From: Candidatus Sungiibacteriota bacterium
GTDB lineage: Bacteria > Patescibacteriota > Minisyncoccia > Sungbacterales > SURF-37
Length of the DNA: 64,000 bases
Direction of reading: 5' to 3'
NCBI GenBank assembly: GCA_016186145.1
Contig: JACPMF010000009.1
Span: 17,505-81,504 of the forward strand
Shown here: piece after piece, positions 59,109 to 64,000 of the stretch
How positions within the stretch are numbered: position 1 is the first letter of the stretch
Layout of the letters: each line of letters begins with the position of its first letter
Translations under genes and position numbers: made by a program
Notes under the pieces: generated by a model
Told to the model about the DNA's origin: nothing
The model's input: the letters and a program-made list of their open reading frames with translations, nothing else
The model's database searches: none

Positions 59109-60216
59109 CTATTCGTTGATTTCCGCTTCAATAAACTCGTCCAACTCCCCCCCAAGCACCTTATCAACCTGGGATGTCTCGATTCCGGTCCGATGATCTT
59201 TTACCAACTGATATGGGTGAATAACGTAGGAACGGATTTGGCTGCCCCACTCAATCGCGGCAATCTCTCCTTTTAGCTTAGCCGCTTCCTGCTCTTGGGC
59301 TTTTACTTTCGCCCGATAAAGCTTTGCCCGAAGCATCTCAAGCGCGATCTCTCGATTCCGTTCTTGCGACCTCTCCGATTGTACCGCAACCTGGGTGCCG
59401 CTCGGAAGATGCGTAATACGCACGGCGGTTTCCCGTTTTTGCACATTCTGGCCGCCCGGACCGGAAGATCGGAAAAAATCTGTTTTTAATTCATCCGGTT
59501 TCAATTCTACTTCTTCCGGCCTAACCAGTTCAGGCATAACTTCGACCAGCGCAAAAGACGTGTGGCGAAGCGAACGCGCTGAAAATGGAGAAATGCGCAC
59601 CAGCCGATGTACTCCGGTTTCTCTTTTAAGCCAACCGTAACTGTAAGCGCCGCTCATCAACACGGAAACATTTTTAATTCCCCACCCGGCCGGTCCGGAC
59701 ATTTCTCCCCAATGTTCATGCAAAACCTTCGTTTTGAACTTCTTCCGCTCGGCAAATCTCATATACATCCGTAAAAGCATTGCCGCCCAGTCTTCAGCAT
59801 CCTTCCCGCCTGCCCCGGAAAAAATTGAAAGAACCGCATTGCCCGCATCATACGGACCGTTAAAACGCTTTTCTGCCTCAAAAGAGCGCCACTCGCGTTC
59901 GAGAGAAAAAAGCCGCGCGCCTATCTCTTCTTGAAACGAAGAATCTCCGCCCCCGACTTCAAAAAGCTCTTTCAGCGTATCAACTTCCGAGAAAAAACGC
60001 TCGCACTCTCCCGCTTTTCGTTTTAAAACTGCAAGTTCTTCGGATTTTTTTTGCGCGTACTCGCGATTCTTCCAAAAATCCGGCTGCGCCATTTCTCCTT
60101 CAACTTCCGAAATCTGTCTCTTTATTCCGGCAATATCAAAGACGGTCCGCCATATGGCGGACTTTATCTGCTAACGCCGCAATCCGGTCGCGAAGTTCAT
60201 CCATACTTTTTATCAT
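59109..60216 (-). CDS. prfB: peptide chain release factor 2, with programmed +1 frameshift (shift site CTT TGA near 60136-60141)
   Basis: GGQ and SPF motifs. The main frame lacks the N-terminal ~25 aa. A short upstream frame (MIKSMDELRDRIAALADKVRHMADRL-stop) ends at CTTTGAt, and the +1 frame continues in-frame with the main ORF. Confidence 0.8.
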
Positions 60217-60345
60217 AGCAGGAAAATGGTAAATATTCAAGCGTAAATCGTATATATATATTGACGGCGTTGGGCGGAATGTGCTAAATAACTTAAGGTG
60301 GGCGGTTTGCCTTTGCAGTTTATTTCTTTGAAAACCTAAAGGAGG

Positions 60346-61101
60346 ATGAGGATGATGAAAAGGGCTTTTTTTGTCACTATGGGCGCCTTGATCTTAATGC
60401 TTTTCTCCGGAATCTATGTCTTTGACGTTGCGAGTGCCCAGCCGGCTACTTCTGAAAACCAAGAAACGAAGAGCGCAAAAGAATTATTAAAAGAATATTT
60501 ATTTGACAGAACACTGACTTCTGCACAAAAAGACGCGCAATACCTCCTCAGCCTCATTGACAACTCAGATTTCGGGCCTTTTACGGGTATTGGGGTTTTA
60601 CTTTCACAGCCCGGCGACAATGAAGTACCGCAGGCCGTAATCTTGGATGTTTTTATGGATCGCCCGGCAGCCAAAGCCGGTCTTCGGCGAGGCGATGTTA
60701 TTCTTTCAGTCAACGGCAGACCTGTTTCTTCCGCCAAAGAGATGGTAAAAGAGGTCCGCGGAGACAACTCTGTGGGCCGAACCGTTACTCTTGAAGTTGG
60801 CCGAAGAGGCACAAAAGTAACTGTTACAATGACAACCGCTCTCGTCCGCGGGGATCGCCGTCCGGAGGCCGCACGCCTTCGTGAGACGATCGCTAGACAA
60901 AGCGAAATAATTCTTGAGGATATGAAGAATTCTTTCGCTAGGGCGGTCGAGCTTGGCATCGAGCTTAAGGCGGAAGATACACGAGCAAAGATTCTAGTGC
61001 TTGATTTACTCGACGCTTATGATAAATGGTACACGGAAAAAATGGATGCTATCAACAACCTTTACAATCCCGGCCTTACAATCCTTTACAATTCCAAATA
61101 G
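60346..61101 (+). CDS. PDZ-domain periplasmic protein
   Basis: Signal peptide, then PDZ core GIGVLL...AAKAGLRRGDVILSVNGRPV. Confidence 0.6.
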   Translation: MRMMKRAFFVTMGALILMLFSGIYVFDVASAQPATSENQETKSAKELLKEYLFDRTLTSAQKDAQYLLSLIDNSDFGPFTGIGVLLSQPGDNEVPQAVILDVFMDRPAAKAGLRRGDVILSVNGRPVSSAKEMVKEVRGDNSVGRTVTLEVGRRGTKVTVTMTTALVRGDRRPEAARLRETIARQSEIILEDMKNSFARAVELGIELKAEDTRAKILVLDLLDAYDKWYTEKMDAINNLYNPGLTILYNSK

Positions 61102-61148
61102 TGGTTCTTTTTGGTAGGATATCCCGCACTGTTCTCTGGTGCGGTCTT

Positions 61149-62927
61149 TTATTTCAAAAATTTTGTTTTCGCCCCGTTGTGTTCCTCAAGAGTTTTTGAA
61201 AAAATCGTGCGCCCGTCTGGCGCCGAGAGATAGTAAAGATATGAAGACGGTTTAGGAAATATCGCCGCGCGTACCGCCGAAAGTCCGGGGTTCGCAATCG
61301 GACCAGGCGGGAGACCGCGATATTTGTATGTGTTGTAAAGGGAATCAATAGCGAGTTCCTCAAGCGAAACCTTTACCGAACGCTTCCCGGTAACATAAGA
61401 AACCGTTGCATCCACCTGCAACCCGATTCCCAACCCCAGCCGCTTCCATAAAATCCCGGAAACGAGCGCCCTGTCTTCATCGGAAACAACTTCTTTTTCA
61501 ATAAGCGATGCTATGGTTAAAATTTCGTAAAGCGTTTTCTTTTGACGCATAATTTCACCCCGAAGCTCTGGGGTTATTTTTTTATCAAAGTTTTCAAGCA
61601 TTTTTACCACTATCTCTTCTGCGGAAGTACTGCGAAAAATCCGATAGGTATCCGGAAAAAGATATCCTTCCAGATTCGCGCCCGCAGGGCGATCTCCAAG
61701 AAACAGAAACCGGTCAACCATCCTTCCCGGCAGGCTGTTCGCCTCGCGAAATTCACGGGGACTTCCGACAACACCAAAAAAAGCGTCTTTGCTAACAATC
61801 TCTTGCGTTTCAAAATAACCCGCAATATCTTGCAAGTTCCACCCTTCCGGGATTGTGATGGTAACTTCATTTGCAAACCGCTCGCCGGACTGAAGCCGAC
61901 TTGTAATTTCCGGAATCGTCGCGCCCTTTTCAAATTGATATCGCCCGTACTGTAGCATGCCCGCTTTTCCGCTCATCTCCACCCAAACAATAAAAAGCCA
62001 CTCGGAGCGCACAAGCCCGTTCTTTTTAAGCAGTCCGGCGATTTGCCGAATCCCCGCGCCTTCCGGGATTTCAATTTCTACTTTTCGCGCTTTCAGGGTA
62101 ACGGGGGCAAGAGTTACATAAGTAATGAAACTGAAAAACAAACTGATCACAAAAAGAATAATCGGCAAGCGGTAACACCCCTTTGCGGCTTTCTGCAATA
62201 TTTTGCCACCCGGTTCAATAGTCTGAACTATTGAACCAGATGATTCTTTGCTTATGTTTTTATGGTTGGCGACCAGAGGGACGAAAGAAAAACCCGGGAA
62301 CTCTTCTTCTTTCCATTCCGCATCCGACACTTTTGTAAACCTCCAAATTGACCCGCCAATTGGCGCAACTATTTTCCCACCGACCTTCAGCGCATCACGC
62401 CAAAGGGTAGGAATATCTTTGCTTGCAGTCGCACCGGCGATAATTTTGTCAAACGACCCCTCTGCCGGAACCACGGAGGTTGCATCTTCACAAAATATCC
62501 TTGCGCGATCTTCCGAAAAATATTTTTTGAGATTATTTTTTCCAAATTCGCAAAGCTTCTGTATCCGCTCTACGCCCACCACCCGCCCCGATAAACCAAC
62601 AAGTTCTGCAAGGAGCGCCGTAACCCACCCCGATCCTGATCCTATATCTAAAACCTTCTCCCCGAGTCGCGGATCTAAAAGCTCGAGCATGAATGCAACG
62701 GTCAGGGGCTGAGAAATCGTCTGTCCTTCGCCTATCGGCAGGGGATAATTGCCGTATGGCTTGTCTTTATATTCCGGTGAAACAAAATCTTTGCGATCAA
62801 CCGCCTTGAACGCCTCAATAATCCGGGGCGTTTTGAGATAGCCGGAAGAGTTCAGCTCTTCAACAAGTTTTTGCCAGCGCTCGTCCATATCCTTCATCGT
62901 AATTGAAAAATGCGCTGAAGCAAACAA
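61149..62927 (-). CDS. fusion protein: protein-L-isoaspartate O-methyltransferase-like domain + TM + YceG/MltG-like domain
   Basis: N-terminal Pcm SAM-MTase (ISQPLTVAFMLELLD...VLDIGSGSGWVTALLAELV), central TM helix, C-terminal MltG-like region (TIPEGWNLQDIAGYF...). Confidence 0.55.
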   Translation of the reverse strand: MFASAHFSITMKDMDERWQKLVEELNSSGYLKTPRIIEAFKAVDRKDFVSPEYKDKPYGNYPLPIGEGQTISQPLTVAFMLELLDPRLGEKVLDIGSGSGWVTALLAELVGLSGRVVGVERIQKLCEFGKNNLKKYFSEDRARIFCEDATSVVPAEGSFDKIIAGATASKDIPTLWRDALKVGGKIVAPIGGSIWRFTKVSDAEWKEEEFPGFSFVPLVANHKNISKESSGSIVQTIEPGGKILQKAAKGCYRLPIILFVISLFFSFITYVTLAPVTLKARKVEIEIPEGAGIRQIAGLLKKNGLVRSEWLFIVWVEMSGKAGMLQYGRYQFEKGATIPEITSRLQSGERFANEVTITIPEGWNLQDIAGYFETQEIVSKDAFFGVVGSPREFREANSLPGRMVDRFLFLGDRPAGANLEGYLFPDTYRIFRSTSAEEIVVKMLENFDKKITPELRGEIMRQKKTLYEILTIASLIEKEVVSDEDRALVSGILWKRLGLGIGLQVDATVSYVTGKRSVKVSLEELAIDSLYNTYKYRGLPPGPIANPGLSAVRAAIFPKPSSYLYYLSAPDGRTIFSKTLEEHNGAKTKFLK

Positions 62928-62959
62928 AAACGCCCCAAGGAAGGGGGCGCAAGTAGGTT

Positions 62960-63886
62960 TTACTTATTCTCCAACGATTTGAGCTGCTCTACACCGAGTC
63001 CGCTAATAAATTCATTGAGGATAACAAGGTTATCAATGCGAGGCTTCGACCGCTTGGCGCCATAGAACGCGCTCTCGGTCATGAAAATCCGCCCCTTCCT
63101 CGAAAGAATGCGCAGAAACCCGACGCCCTGATCAACAACCTTCATCTTATGACGCTCGAAGTTCGAGCCGTGCTTAATCGTACCGATTTGCTGGACCACG
63201 CACTGACCGAACGCCATGTCCCATTCTTCTACGTTTTCAGAAACATGGAAGTTTCCGCCTATTGCCACCTGACAACCCTGAAGTTTTGCGTAAGCCAGCA
63301 TTTGTTGAGGTCGAATAGAGGTTGTTAGAGTGCGAGACATGTGCGGATGCTGTACTGAAACCTTAAGGCCGGACGACAAAGTGAAAATTTCCTGCCGGTT
63401 AACCTTTTCCTCCACGACATCTCCGACCGAAGCGTGAGAGAAGCCGCACTTGGCAAGATGCCTCTCAATATTTTCCGTAAGAAACTGGACAAGCGTCATG
63501 TGAAAAAGCTCTAGTGGTTCATTTCCGAGTTCGGCCTCCCACAGATCGTGGTTACCAAGAATGTAGTAAAAGATAATCAGCGCTGAAGTAACCATATCAT
63601 GTAATTCGTTTTTATTTGGTTTCCTCTTGCCGTGCTTTTTAAGCAATCCGCCAAAGCGCTCGACGAAGACCTTGAACATGACGGTGCCAACAAGATGGGC
63701 GGCAAACTTTTCCTGAACCGAGTTGTTCATACCGGCAATAATTTCGCCCTTCTTCATCAAATCATGCTTCAAGCCCTCTTTTGTGTCTCCCGCATCCACC
63801 AGAACAGTGGCGCCGCGCTTCAAAATGATTTCGGGAAGTTCATTAACAAAAAAATCATAGTCGGTCTCGACAGAGCCGGCGTGCAA
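62960..63886 (-). CDS. calcineurin-like metallophosphoesterase
   Basis: GNHD motif (ILGNHDLWE) plus other phosphoesterase motif positions; the N-terminus may extend toward the window edge. Confidence 0.55.
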   Translation of the reverse strand: MHAGSVETDYDFFVNELPEIILKRGATVLVDAGDTKEGLKHDLMKKGEIIAGMNNSVQEKFAAHLVGTVMFKVFVERFGGLLKKHGKRKPNKNELHDMVTSALIIFYYILGNHDLWEAELGNEPLELFHMTLVQFLTENIERHLAKCGFSHASVGDVVEEKVNRQEIFTLSSGLKVSVQHPHMSRTLTTSIRPQQMLAYAKLQGCQVAIGGNFHVSENVEEWDMAFGQCVVQQIGTIKHGSNFERHKMKVVDQGVGFLRILSRKGRIFMTESAFYGAKRSKPRIDNLVILNEFISGLGVEQLKSLENK

Positions 63887-64000
63887 GCAGGCAAACGAAA
63901 CAATGCGGTCTTCCGCCCAAGGTCCGGAACCAAGCGAGTATTTCAGATTGTTTTGAATCCAGTGCGGATCGAAGAAATACTTTTTGCCGGGCTTCTGAAC

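Overview
Streamlined, AT-leaning bacterial contig, probably from a Candidate-Phyla-Radiation/Parcubacteria-like organism (inference only, from the T4P-rich, small-ORF, tight-gene architecture). It has about 90 supportable genes; no CRISPR array and no rRNA were found. Main blocks, left to right: (i) clpP 3' end, a DUF4258/DUF2283 toxin-antitoxin-like pair, MazG-like gene, gatA-gatC, ligA; (ii) a complete type IV pilus locus (four pilin-like genes, pilD, pilA, pilC, pilT, pilB, pilO/N/M-like) followed by comF and a comEB-like dCMP deaminase; (iii) a ~4.5 kb accessory array between comEB and glyA built of four cassettes, each bounded by a diverged copy of the last ~110 bp of glyA, carrying RelE/ParE-type TA pairs, small secreted/membrane proteins, a MazG-like gene and a retropepsin-like protease operon; (iv) a nucleotide/dTMP cluster (HAD hydrolase, deoxynucleoside kinase, folA, thyA, dcd) then tsaC, yvcK-like, a GlmU-like acetyltransferase domain gene, glmS, leuS; (v) an islet beside a tRNA cluster (XerC/D-like recombinase, RelE/RHH pair, minimal nucleotidyltransferase, GC-rich orphan ORF, tRNA-Gly/Phe/Val/Leu/Cys, rplS, rluA-family, Nudix, PspC); (vi) a TrmB-like regulator followed by a ~3 kb ORF-poor region that is visibly more GC-rich, holding a perfect consensus sigma70 promoter in front of ~700 nt of structured, non-coding-looking sequence, ending at a tRNA-Arg(TCT) nested between tRNA-like half sequences; (vii) patatin, L10 leader-rplJ-rplL, ftsX/ftsE (split by a repeat insertion), prfB with its +1 frameshift site, a PDZ protein, a Pcm-MltG fusion and a metallophosphoesterase. 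The most unusual structure lies in the non-coding DNA, where four repeat systems overlap: a MITE-like hairpin family (inverted termini TCCCGTTAGAR, 5-bp target duplications ATGAA/ATAAA) inserted exactly at start/stop codons; a composite 3'-UTR repeat with a conserved flank and covarying palindromic cores; a 123-bp identical leader in front of both pilB and pilT; and palindromic CGAAT/ATTCG clusters upstream of several genes.
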